From Camelus dromedarius (taxonomy: Eukaryota): a stretch of DNA of 64,000 nt. Below, piece after piece: positions 1 to 10,779 of this stretch. The translations under genes and the position numbers were made by a program. Position 1 is the stretch's first letter. Each line of letters starts with the position of its first letter. Under the pieces are notes generated by a model that ran no database searches, was not told the DNA's origin, and was given only the letters and a program-made list of their open reading frames with translations. The stretch spans positions 2,234,001 through 2,298,000 of the forward strand of contig NC_087438.1 of NCBI RefSeq assembly GCF_036321535.1, in the 5' to 3' direction.

Positions 1-1198
1 AAAAAATGATAAAAATTCATCAAAATCAAAACTCTGTTCTTTTCTTATTTTTATTTTATATGTGTATGTATGTATTCATTTAAGTTATAGTCAGTTTACG
101 ATGTTGTGTCAATTTCTGGTGCAGAGCAGAATTTTTCAGTCAGACACGAATATGCGTATATTCATTTTCACATTCTTTTTCACCATGAGCTACCACAAGA
201 TCTTGTATATATTTCCCTGTGCTGTACAGTATAAACTTGTTTATCTATTCTACAAAACCCTGTTCTTTTAAAGACATGAGTGAGAAAATTAAAAGGCACA
301 TCAGCAGTTGTGGGGAAATCTTCACAATACATGTATCTGACAGGTAACCTCTATCCACAACAGATAAAGACATGTACACATCAATAATATGAAGACATAT
401 AGCTCAATTTTAATAAAAGGAGGGGGCTAACGATTGAACAGACATTTCACCAAAGAAGAGACAGCAATAGCCAACATGCACATGAAAAGATGCTCAACGT
501 CATTAGCTATTAGGAAAATGCAATTCCAAGCCATGGTGAGAACCTGCTACACACTCATCAGAATGACTAACGTTAGGAAAGACTGTTAAGGCGATGTTTC
601 AGTGGGGCTGGAGCCTCAGCATAGCTGGTAGCGGCATGAACTGGTACAACCACCTTGCAGAACAATTTAGCGGTTTCTTATGAAGCTAAACACTCACTTA
701 CATGTGATTCAGCAATTCTGCTCGTAGGTGTTTACCCAGAGTCCTGTGCACAGATGTTCATGGCAACTTTGACAAATGTACCTCCCCAAACCGGAAGAAA
801 CCCAAGTATCCGTCAACAGGTGGGTGAGAGTCACAGCGCCTCTAGTCAAGGGGACACTGCTGAGCAGCTAAAATGAACAGGTGCTCATACACACGAGGAG
901 AGCAAAAGAACCATTCTGAGCAGAAGAGGGCAGGTTTGAAGGTGTAATCCCAGTTACACGGGCACAAGGGGACGAAGTGCTGTCAACAGTGACAGAAAAC
1001 AGCCAGTGGCTGCTGTGGCAGAGAGACAGGTGCGGGAGCCCACTGAGGACAGGACCTGGGGAATCTCTGGGACGATGGAAATTTTCTCCGTCATGACCGG
1101 GGTGTTGACTTCACCAGTGTACACCGTTTTCAAACCTCATCAAAATGTGCATTTTACTGTTTGTAAGTTATACCTCAGTAAAGTTGATTTTTAAAAAA
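1..1198 (+). mobile_element. Old LINE-1 (L1M-type, probably L1MC/L1ME) ORF2 3' part and 3' UTR, interrupted at 44-252 by a younger L1 fragment
   Basis: Typical L1 ORF2 remnants: 'gaacagacatttcaccaaagaaga', 'cacatgaaaagatgctcaacgtcattagctattaggaaaatgcaatt' and 'cagcaattctgctcgtaggtgtttaccc'. Ends in an old-L1-type tail, 'gtaagttatacctcagtaaagttgatttttaaaaaa'. Confidence 0.85.
44..252 (-). mobile_element. 5'-truncated lineage-specific L1 3' end with target-site duplication
   Basis: Reverse complement of the L1 3' UTR seen elsewhere in the window ('tttccctgtgctgtacagtataaacttgtttatctatt'), with a T-rich tail at 44-60. Flanked by caaaactctgttctttt (27-43) and caaaaccctgttctttt (253-269). Confidence 0.85.
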
Positions 1199-2407
1199 TT
1201 CATAATCCAAGAAGATCAGCTCTGGAAGGAAAGTACAGAGAATGTTCTAACAGAACCCAGGGGAAACCCAGGGGGTGCTGGGAGCTGGAGTCGAGCGCAC
1301 ACGGTCAGCGGGCAAACGATTTAAGGATCTCCAGTGCTGAGGCAACACCAGAGAATGACTGACATGGTGATCTGTTTAGGGTACAGCTCATAGAAACAGT
1401 GTTTCTAAGCTTGGAAAAAAGTGTAATAGGGAGCTTGGGGCAGGCACAGATCTTTTAAAAAATGAGCAGGGCAGCCTGGTGTGACTGGCTGCCTACACCG
1501 TGTACCTGGAGGGGTTCCCGTCAATGTTGCTGTCCGTTGTCCTTGGGATGGGGGAACTGGAGCTCCCCGGAGAGTGCTGAAAACTTTAAAGCACTGGTAT
1601 GTTGGGGTGTTTTTAGAAACTTTGATTTGGTGTTAAGGGTAACCTGATGTGAGTTGCTTCAGAAAAATCAAGATGAACTCGCAGAACCAACTGTCAAATA
1701 ACGTGACTCGTGCTTGAGAGGCGGCCTCCCCGTCAGCAGATACAGACGCGTCTGCTTTATATGTCTTCATCTCTAAACAAGTTTGGAAGGCCTCCAAAGT
1801 TAGCATTGTTTGCACACCTGCACATGCACACACGCACCGGATGTGCACACAGAGAGCCAGGTGAGTGTGGGGTTCTGTGGTTTCTCATGTCCCCATCTCC
1901 TATCATATTTTAGGGAAATGAAAACAGCGCCAGTCCTTGGTTTGCTGGTAAAGTGTGACTTTTTGAAAACAAGAACAAGATGCTGTCTTTCTTTCTCTAA
2001 AGTTTTGCGCAAGTGGAATCATTGGAGTAAAAGGCACAGATGAAGCACGAGGATGGAGGGAGAGAGCCCGGGAATCTGGACACCACACGGGCCTGAGCCA
2101 AGCCTCCCGCTGCCCCTCGCCCCGCAGCCCGGCCACGGGAGCCCTGCTCCTGCTGTGTGGGGGCGGGGGAAGGGCAGAAGTCCTGCAGCTGGTGGCTCTG
2201 TCCCCTACCTGGTTGCCCGTTTGGATGGCATGGAAAGTGTAGGCACTGCAAGCTGATTTTCAAGTAAAATAAAAGGTCAGGGTTAGGGCTGGGGCTCCCA
2301 GACCTGACAGCCCATGGGGCTGTGAAAGCAAGCGGTACGTGGGCACCCACCCCTCCCAAGCTCTGCACCAACTAAACATGAAACAGGTGCGTGCCTAGGG
2401 GCCTGTG

Positions 2408-2560
2408 TGCACACACACACACACACATACACACAGAGGGACACACACAGGTACACACACACAGGAACACACACAAACACACACAGAGACACATATAACA
2501 GATACACACAGACACACACATACAAATATACACAAACACAGACACACACACAGACACAGA
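2408..2560. repeat. Imperfect (CA)n microsatellite / low-complexity tract
   Basis: CACACA runs interrupted by GA/TA dinucleotides. Confidence 0.95.
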
Positions 2561-3946
2561 TCTTGTTAGAAACCAGATCTCTTTTCATCTGGAGTCATTT
2601 CCTCCCCTGAAGATCCAGCCCCTCCCCCCCGCCCCCCCCACCGGACACCCAGAAGCTGCGCTCCGGTCACCAGGCCCATCTTGGGTTACACACAAATGAC
2701 TTCCTGCTGTTGCCTGTTTGTGGCCACCTCCTTCCTTGTCGCCGTGACCTGGCTCTTCCCACTTTTTCCCCAGGACCTTGGCCAGCAAGTCCTTCCAGAC
2801 CCCACCTTAAATGCAGATGTAGGCAGGGCCCACCCCGAGCCATGTGCCCTCTGCCCCCATGACCCCAGGCGTCTCATCCTCCCCTGACACTCAACTAACT
2901 GCCTCTGGACCGTACCTTTCCTGTGCTGGCCAGGAGCTTGTTAACAGCTTCCCACTGGATAACTGTACTCGGACGCCCCCATGATAGGCGAGTCCAACAT
3001 CTCACAGCAGAATTCGCCTCGCCTCTCTCTCAAAAGGTGTTTCTGCCTTGCCCCACTGTCCCTGTTTTGGTGAGTGACACTGCACCCACTCACGTCAGAA
3101 ACCAGAGCAGGTCTCAGACTCTCCCTTTCACACCCCGTGGGCAGACAGTACTGACTGGTGAAGTCTGCCGAAAGCCCTCTGCGGTCCAGGCCCCTCCACT
3201 CCGTGAGGCGGGGCCGAGGGAGCCGGCCCAGCCTGGAGAGGTCCCCAGGGGTGGGCTGCACGCTCTCCGCTGATATGTTCCTGTAACGTGATGGTTTCTA
3301 CCGGATAGATCAGCAGTCCCCAGCCCAGGCCTGGCACCGCGCGGGCCTGTCATGGTCACGGTGGGATGGGGGCGTAGACGGACGTCTCCCTCCCAACGTC
3401 CAGATGCAAGCAGGGCTCTGAGCGTTTCTTGAGGGTCTGGCATGCTCCCTCTCCTGCTCTGTCCCTCTGTCTCTCTCATGTATAAGTACGAGAGAAACGG
3501 ACAAACTTGTGAACTGCGCACAGGAGTAGTGATAAGCACGTACCTACCCACGCCCGTGTGGTCGTTCAGTGCTCACTTATGCACCAGCTGTTTACGGAGT
3601 GCTAACTCAAAGCAGACAAAAATATATAGAAATGTATTGCTATTGGAATTCCTTTTTGAATGTAACATTCCCTGATATCCAACCCCAAGTGTCCGTACTG
3701 TTGCTGACAAGAGCAATCTTTACTTAGTTCAGTGGTTTAGACCCTAACCCAAGGGTCACACAGGTGAGAGCCCTGGGTCAGTCGTGGTTTTGGAAACCAG
3801 CCCGCATCGATTAATAGTTTGAAAACACCAGGCGGAATCTTTTCAGTTAAAAATACAGGAACGCATGGCCCCTCCGAGGGAGCCGTGCAGAGGCCAAATT
3901 CTCCTTCTGAGTGAGGGACTTTGGTTCTGCTCTGCAGGCGCTGAAG

Positions 3947-3986
3947 CGGGCCGAGCCCCGGGCCGAGCCCCGGGCCGAGCCCCGGG
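3947..3986. repeat. 12-bp tandem repeat (cgggccgagccc) x3
   Basis: Directly visible; followed by degenerate cgggacgggccc copies to ~4011. Confidence 0.9.
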
Positions 3987-4008
3987 ACGGGCCCAGCCCC
4001 GGGACGGG

Positions 4009-4250
4009 CCCCGCCCTGCTCTGCCTAGCCCCGCCCCACCCCGCCCCACCCCGTCCTGCCTGGCCACGCCCCATCCCGCCCCGCCCTGCCTAGCCCCGCC
4101 CCTCCCCGCCCCACTACCCCGCTCAGCCTAGCTTAGCCCTGCCCCACCCCGCCCAGCCTAGCCCCGCCCTGCCCCACCCCACCCCGCCCTGCCTAGCCCC
4201 GCCCCATCCCGCCCCGCCCCGCCCAGCCTAGCCCCGCCCTGCCCCGCCCT
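4009..4250. repeat. Pentamer-periodic C-rich array (CCCCG/CCCCA/CCCTG/CCTAG)
   Basis: Recurrent 'gcctagccccgccc' and 'ccccaccccgccc' units with 5-bp periodicity; the minus strand is G-rich. Confidence 0.9.
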
Positions 4251-5777
4251 CCGGGCAGAGCTCCAGCTTCCACGGCCCGCTCGCGCGCACAGGGACCATG
4301 GTTGCGTCTGCTCTGCCCTACACGGTGCTTAATTTTTTAAAAATTCACAAAAATTATGCTCACTGTCTTGTCCTGAAAACGCAGGGAATTCAGCCAAGCT
4401 GCGCTGCCCCTCCCGCGTGGCGACAGCCGGCGGGGTGGACCAAGCTGGGGCGCTGGGCCTGCCGGGCCTGCCGGCCTCTCGCCAGCCTCCGTACATGTCT
4501 GAGCTCAGGAGCCGATCTGCCGGACCGGAAGTCGGCAGCCGCGCTCTGGGAAGGCTCGGAGGGAAGTGTGCTGGGCTTCGAGGCTCGTGGGCTCCCGGGG
4601 GCGGGCCGTCAGCTCTCCGCCCGCCGCTGTAAAGCCGCCTGGGCAGAGGCCGGGCGCGCGGGGCTGAGTGCGGCTGCCGTGCTGCACGGCGCCGTCCTCG
4701 CGGGCCCTGAAAACTGGCCCTCCTGTGATTTTCACGCGTCACAAAGTCTTCTTTCATGTTTTATTCAACTAATTTTAAAAATGTAAGAGGTATTCATAGT
4801 TCCGAGGCCTGAAAGGGGTGGGCCACGTTTGACCCGTGGGCGTGCGTGGTCAACACTGCACCAGGGCACAGACTTTGAAATCTGGACAAAACTACCTTCA
4901 AACCTGCCATTTGCAGGCAACAGTCCACGTGCCTCAGACGTAACAACGATGTCAGCCCTGGGCTCACTGGACCCCAGCTGTAGGCAGCTCGGTTCCAAAC
5001 CGCAGACTCAAGCAGATGAGACCAGAGGGGAGACTGCAAGGGAAGACGTGGCCTCGCTGGCGATTCGGCCTGGGCGGCGCGCCTGCCGCAGGCTCCCCGG
5101 CGCGGGTGGGGGAGGTGGGAGGAGGCTGATGGTGCTGGGCTGAGAAGAGGGCGGGTGAGGGGGCACGAGGAAACAAGACTCGTCCCGTGACAGGACTGGG
5201 AAGCCGGCTCTCCCGTTCAACCCAGAACCTTTCTGCAGCAATTACGAGAATGCAGCCTTACAAGATTGACTGGGAAACTGCGACAACCTCATTCGTTCTG
5301 GTCTCTTCTAGCAAGATAGCAATTAAAAGACCATCTTTAATGAGCAGCTCCCAAGGAGTGGCCCTTAATTACGGTCCGGGCTTTGGCAAGCTTAATTGTA
5401 CGCACTTCTGGTTTCTGTTCATCTTGAGCAGAATGTGAGACAAGGCCACGGGGCCGACCGCTCCGCACAGCCTTGCTGTTTGAGGGCGTCGGTGGCCCCG
5501 GCGCTTCCAGCAGGGGCAGCGGATCTTGCACACTAAGTGCTGGTACATGACTTTGAAGGGTAGGAACCTGGAGCGCAGATTCCCCGAGAAGGAACCCAGC
5601 CTTCAGGAGGAGGTTTGCTGGGGTTGGTGGCTGCCCTGTTGAGATGGCTTCTACCATCCTACCAAGTGTCACCAACGGCCACTAGTCCTGGTTGTACCTA
5701 AACCCTGGTGGTAATCAGATTTTGTAAACTTCAGTGTAAATCAGATTTTGTTTGCCAATTTTCTAACCAAGTTTAAG

Positions 5778-5874
5778 AGACAAGATGTGAGGCAGACAAT
5801 ATAGGTTTGGAAGCAAAGTGCTTTTACTCTATTGCAACGGAAAAACAAATAAAATGCCAGACAAATAGCCTAAG
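5778..5874 (+). other. Candidate exon (open frame TRCEADNIGLEAKCFYSIATEKQIKCQTNSL)
   Basis: Donor AAG|GTACGT at 5874/5875 and branch-like ttctaac at 5761-5767. The acceptor position is uncertain (weak pyrimidine tract). Only one frame is open. Confidence 0.3.
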
Positions 5875-6039
5875 GTACGTATTTTCACCTACAAGGTATA
5901 TAGAGAAAGAAGACATTAGGGAAAACATTAATGTGTAGAAAAAACTACCAGTGCATTCCAGAAAAAAAAAAAACTTAAAATGTCTACATCAATATTTCAT
6001 GGATTCCTACAAGTTGAAACTCTAAAAATATTATTTTAG

Positions 6040-6090
6040 AATTAAAGATGAAAAGTATGCTATCCACGTTTCTTTCACAGAAAACAATAG
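6040..6090 (+). other. Candidate 51-nt exon (IKDEKYAIHVSFTENN)
   Basis: Acceptor tattattttag| and strong donor TAG|GTAAGT. Length is a multiple of 3 and phase 2-2 is compatible with the neighbouring candidate exons. Confidence 0.4.
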
Positions 6091-6277
6091 GTAAGTTGTA
6101 TATCAACGCTCATCTCCTTCGAACGCCGTGAGGAAAGCACACGTGTGGCTATTTGAGGTTCGTATGTGTTTATACCAACTTGGAGGAGAAAAGATGTTGA
6201 GTGAAAAATTTTTTTCACATTCCTATTGAATTGAAACTAACCCTGATTCTTCTGTGGTTCTGATCTCTGGGTATCAG

Positions 6278-6692
6278 GGATCCAAAGGGTCATAAAACAA
6301 TAAAAATGGATGATTGAGCTATGGCAGAAGGGGACGCCACTGAGCGGGACATGATGTGTATGATGAGGAACGTGAGTGAGGTGCATCTGACGTCATCTTT
6401 CTGGACACCAGAGTCGGGATCAAGTTTCCACCTTTGTGGGACTGCGACTCCAGGGCACGTGGGCCCCCATCTCCTGGAACGAGCATGGCAGAGGTTCAAG
6501 AAGAACCACAGTAAACCCAACTCTTGGAAGGCCTTCCTAGTAGGCGTTAGGGTCCTGATCCCGCAGATCCAGCTAGATGTTTGCACGGCCCTTTGCAACA
6601 ACTTATCCAATTTTCTTTGGCAATCCGTTGCCTATTCTGGTGTCTTCTTATTCAACAAGTTCCTCCTGAATTGGTTGAAAATAGTCTTTTAA
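6278..6692 (+). other. Candidate terminal exon; in-frame TGA at 6315-6317 precedes a 123-codon ORF in the same frame
   Basis: Branch point ACTAAC at 6236-6241 with the first downstream AG at 6276-6277. Frame reads DPKGHKTIKMDD*AMAEGD...KIVF*. Possible polyA signals ATTAAA (~6824, ~7142) and AATAAA (~7308). Confidence 0.3.
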
Positions 6693-9600
6693 ATCTTGAT
6701 ATGAACTCTAAAATAGAAGATGTTTGCATCATGAGGACACCAAAAAAAAAAAAAAAGACTGTTAAGGTTAATTTCACAGGGACGTATTGTTCAGAGTGTG
6801 CACCGTCTGTCTGCTCAGTATGCATTAAAGCTCTGAAAGTGAAGAGGAAAAAATCTCTTCTCTCCCACACGAGGTACCCTCACCAACACATTAAGATTCC
6901 CTATTGATTATTTGAACATGCAACATTTTTAGCAAATGATTAACTATAAAATTCCAGCCCTTGTTTTTCAGTAGGGGATGCCCAGTTTTATTGAAAGAGT
7001 GCATTACAGTATGAAATTTGACCAGTAAGTACTTGCATATGAACCTGCTCATGTAGTGTGTAATAAGCTGGTTATATGACACGTTGATTTAGACCACACC
7101 GTTCATGTTGACAGTTATAGTGTAACTATCAATATTATACAAATTAAATGTTTCTAAAAGCACATTCTGACACAAAAGCAGTGTACGTGCTGGATGAGGT
7201 CCTGAAGCATAATATACTTCTGGTCCATGGAGAAGGTTGTGTCCTAAACATTTCTAGTTTTAATTTTTGTTGTCATAGCACACACATTTTCCAAATTCTA
7301 AGTCAAAAATAAATTCTGTCCTCAGCTGTCAAATGGTCTGGAAAGCCAGCCTAACAACAGACAAGGCTCAGTGTTTACTCAGCTCAAGTCAGCTCTACCT
7401 TCAGACACTGTCAGAACAAACCTCGGTTCCCAGGAGACTCCTTCTGGATGGCTTTTGGACAACAGTGCCAGAGCGAGGGGAGCAGGCTCGGGGTGTTTTC
7501 ATGCCTAATGTCAGGTTATGGAGGAAACACTCATTCAAAAAATTGGACGTTCTTTCTAAGTCTGAACTTAATTTATAAAAGTTGACAACACATCTTGGGC
7601 CTCGGTGGGCTTTCTATTTGGGCAGACATCTTGCAGGAGTCCTTGCTTTAATCCATGGGAAAGCTCAGATTCCAAGTCTACCCAGCTCCCTTCAACCTCA
7701 GCAGGAACCACAGCGCTGGCTGGTTGATGGAATGTGAGTCCAGGCTGAAGTGACATTTTATCTCCCTGACTTATGTTTCCTTCTATAGACATATCAGTTT
7801 AAATCTTTTTGGACAGACATTATGGGGTTTAATTGTTAACAACTGCAGTATGAATGCTGCTTAGAAGAATTCGTGTTTTCCTAGCACCTCCAGTGTCCTG
7901 GTGAAACGTTACTGTACTTCCCAGTTCCTGTAACCTTCACCATGACGTGTGTGGGAAGTGTCGTTTTCCTACCTGGAGAATAAGGAGGCTAAGGGACAGC
8001 GAGATTAGGCAGCCAGCCCTAGGGAAGTGACTTGCCCGCCCCATTTCAGCTGGGGAGCAAGCTGCCCGCCGCACGGAGCTGCGCTGCAGAGTATGAAGCT
8101 TGCGCCTGCGCTCTGGCCCTCAGCAGCCCGTGCGGCTGGAGCCTCGCCCTGCTCCCTGAGCCATCTGAGCTGAGCAGCAGCCTGACTCCCAAGCCAAGGT
8201 CAAAGACGGTGTTCCTAACACCGTGAGCACCGTGCCTGGCACTCGCCGACCACCATCGGCATGACCGTTAGTCGTGGCTCTACTGTTCTATGGATCTGCA
8301 TGAATGACCTAAGTGTCCTCCAGAAACAAAGGTGATGAGAGCCAGAATGAGGCCCACCTTCCTACCTTTTAAAGTTGTTGACTGATGAATCTGTGTGGCC
8401 GCCTGCTCTGTGCACAGAACTGGGCTTCGGGGAAGACGGGCCTGCTCATCCTGGCTACTGGTTGCTCAGCCCTCACGGCCCTGCCAGGTGCTGTCACAAA
8501 GGCCACATCTACCAGCCACACACGAGAAGTCTGGTGTCAACACCTCCATGTTGCAGGTGAGAAAGCAGAACCCACCAAAGGTTAAGACCTTTGACCGAGG
8601 CTCTCCCTCTGGCCAGCTGGTCTACCACACATGATGGCGTGGGTTCTTGTGCACGAGAAATGACTGTGTCTTTCTAACAAAGAGGCGCTCCTCCCATGAG
8701 GGCATTTTATGGGCTTTGTCAGGGGAACAGGCACTGAAATTGGAAAGAAAAATACAAATGTGAACTGAGAACCACAGGACGAGGCAATAAAGATATTAAA
8801 CTAGTTCTTTTTAGTATTTGCACCCACATGACTTGGGAGCGTGTTTACATTTCTAGATTGTGTGTGTGTATTTGTAGTGATCTTATTGTAAATACTAGAG
8901 CAAGGCTGACTGTCACATAGACCTGTCCTTGTGCTGCACTGGACGTGTAAATCCACACTCACACCGAGAAGACCTGTCACAGGTCGCACTGGTGACAACA
9001 GGCGGCCAGAAAAGCAGACGTTGGTCCGTCAGGGGTTACTGGGCAGAGCTGATATTTCAGAGACAAGAAATAGATCAATTATTGAATTTGTGCATTAATA
9101 CACTGCTTGCTAGTAAGTCTGTCATCAGTAAATCCTTGCCCAAAGCAGGTCTAGGTAATGAGTGTGACATGGAGAAACGGGGCTGTGACCCACGCCCTGG
9201 AGTGGGTGGCAGTGTGGCAGGTGTTCTCCGATTAACACCGTAAAGGACTAAAGAATCCTAGGTGGGCACGCTGACCAGGTGTGGTGACCAAGCAGAGGAG
9301 GAGGGAGAGCCAGTGATGCTCCTGGATGTAGAAGAGCCCCAGAGGGCGGGTTCAGTCGGAGAGAGGAGATGCGAGGGCTCGGGGCTCAGAGGGGAGGGCT
9401 GAGCGCAGTCCTGGAAGCAGGACCATGCTGAACGGGTGTGATGGCCACAGGCGCGGGGAGGATGGAGAGTGAGTGACTGCAGACACACGGCCGCGGGAAG
9501 GAGAGAAGGAGGGGGTGGGATTGGTGGGCAGGGCCCGACCTCTCCCTGCGCAGGCAGGCGAGGTACCCACACGACGTCCAGGAGCCAGGAGAGGAGGAAG

Positions 9601-10624
9601 CAAGGTCTCCTTTGTTGTGAAGATGGGATGGAAGGGGAAGGCGTGGACGCGCACGGCGTGGGGATGGCTGCTTTCCAGGGGAGTCACTGACAAAATAAGA
9701 ACGTCCTCCCAGGACAGATCCCTAGGCACACATCTCCCCCATCTCTGAAGGGTGATGTCTCCTTGGAATCCAAAGGAACGGCTGCTGGTTGACTTTTTAA
9801 ATGCCTGCATTATGAATGTGCCAGGAGTAAGTCATGCAGTTTCGCTGTTTCATTGTCATCTAAATTTGTGAAAACTCAGTCCTGCCTGGAATGTCTCGCT
9901 CTTCACTCCACCTAAGACCCGGGATGTCACGTGTCCCTTTCATGTTCGCTCTGTTCCCCCCCACCACTTAATGTATTCAGGCGCCTTGTGTGCATAATAA
10001 TGGACTTCCTTCTCGAGGCGCGTGTGGGGATGGGGTTGATGAATTACCAAATTGGCTATTTTACTTGATTCGGAAAAGGTGTTTGTCACATTTTCTGCAA
10101 ACAGTGCATGAACATCTTTCATAAATGATGCATAGCCCTTCCATGAATTGGGCCCGAACGCAGCAATAACTCTTGTAACAGTATCTGAAATTTGAAAAGC
10201 AATTATGGAAGTATGTCCTGCCTGAGCAAAATGTCTCCTCCTGCCACTTGGCCACCGCACAGCTCAGAGCAAATATTTGAAGCTGGAATTAGGACTCGCT
10301 GCCATGCATACGTAAGTGACGAGAGTAGCTGCTCCCACCAGGATTCTCCGTCCTCCGCTGGAGACGGTGTGCGGCGGGAGGGCCGCGGACCGGGCCGGGG
10401 GAACGCCCCTCTCCTCCCTGCCGACTCCGGCCACATAGACGGTCCTCGCAGGGAACACCGTGTGAAAGCAAATCCGGGCTGGAAAAACAAAAAACAAAAA
10501 ACACGTGATGAGCCATCTTCACAGTTCCATGTGTGGCGGTTCAAACTACTCCAAACGCACAGCCCTTGAATAAACAAGGAGACAGTATTTGTGAAGTAGA
10601 ATTAAATAGCTTAAAGCAGTTTTC

Positions 10625-10648
10625 AAAAAAAAAAAAAAAAAAAAAAAA
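10625..10648. repeat. Poly(A)24 tract
   Basis: Directly visible. Confidence 0.95.
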
Positions 10649-10779
10649 GGCAGCAAGCCGAAGCCTTTTAGGGATTGCTCGGAGGAGTGTTTGCTGCGCC
10701 TCTCCCGTGAAGGCTGTGTGGAAATCAGGGAGCTGCACACGCCGCTCGTGGCCTGCTTTGAAATTCAAAACCGGGCGGG

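Larger units (their letters stand above)
3860..5150. promoter_or_regulatory. CpG island, probable promoter
   Basis: Very high GC and CpG density, many CCGCCC (Sp/KLF GC box) motifs and an NRF1-like 'tcgcgcgcac' at 4281-4290. A strong-Kozak ATG (gggaccATGg) sits at 4298. Confidence 0.75.

Noticed and set aside
2672..2806. Minus-strand exon candidate (GVWKDLLAKVLGKKWEE...)
   Set aside because: Weak acceptor and weak donor (GTGACC), no compatible neighbouring exon, and the peptide is unrecognised.
6315..6317. Selenocysteine or readthrough interpretation of the TGA
   Set aside because: I recognise no SECIS-like hairpin downstream, and the context lacks the TGA-CTAG readthrough motif.
7400..7972. 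Possible decayed minus-strand coding exon
   Set aside because: Stops in all frames and no recognisable homology; indistinguishable from unique non-coding DNA.
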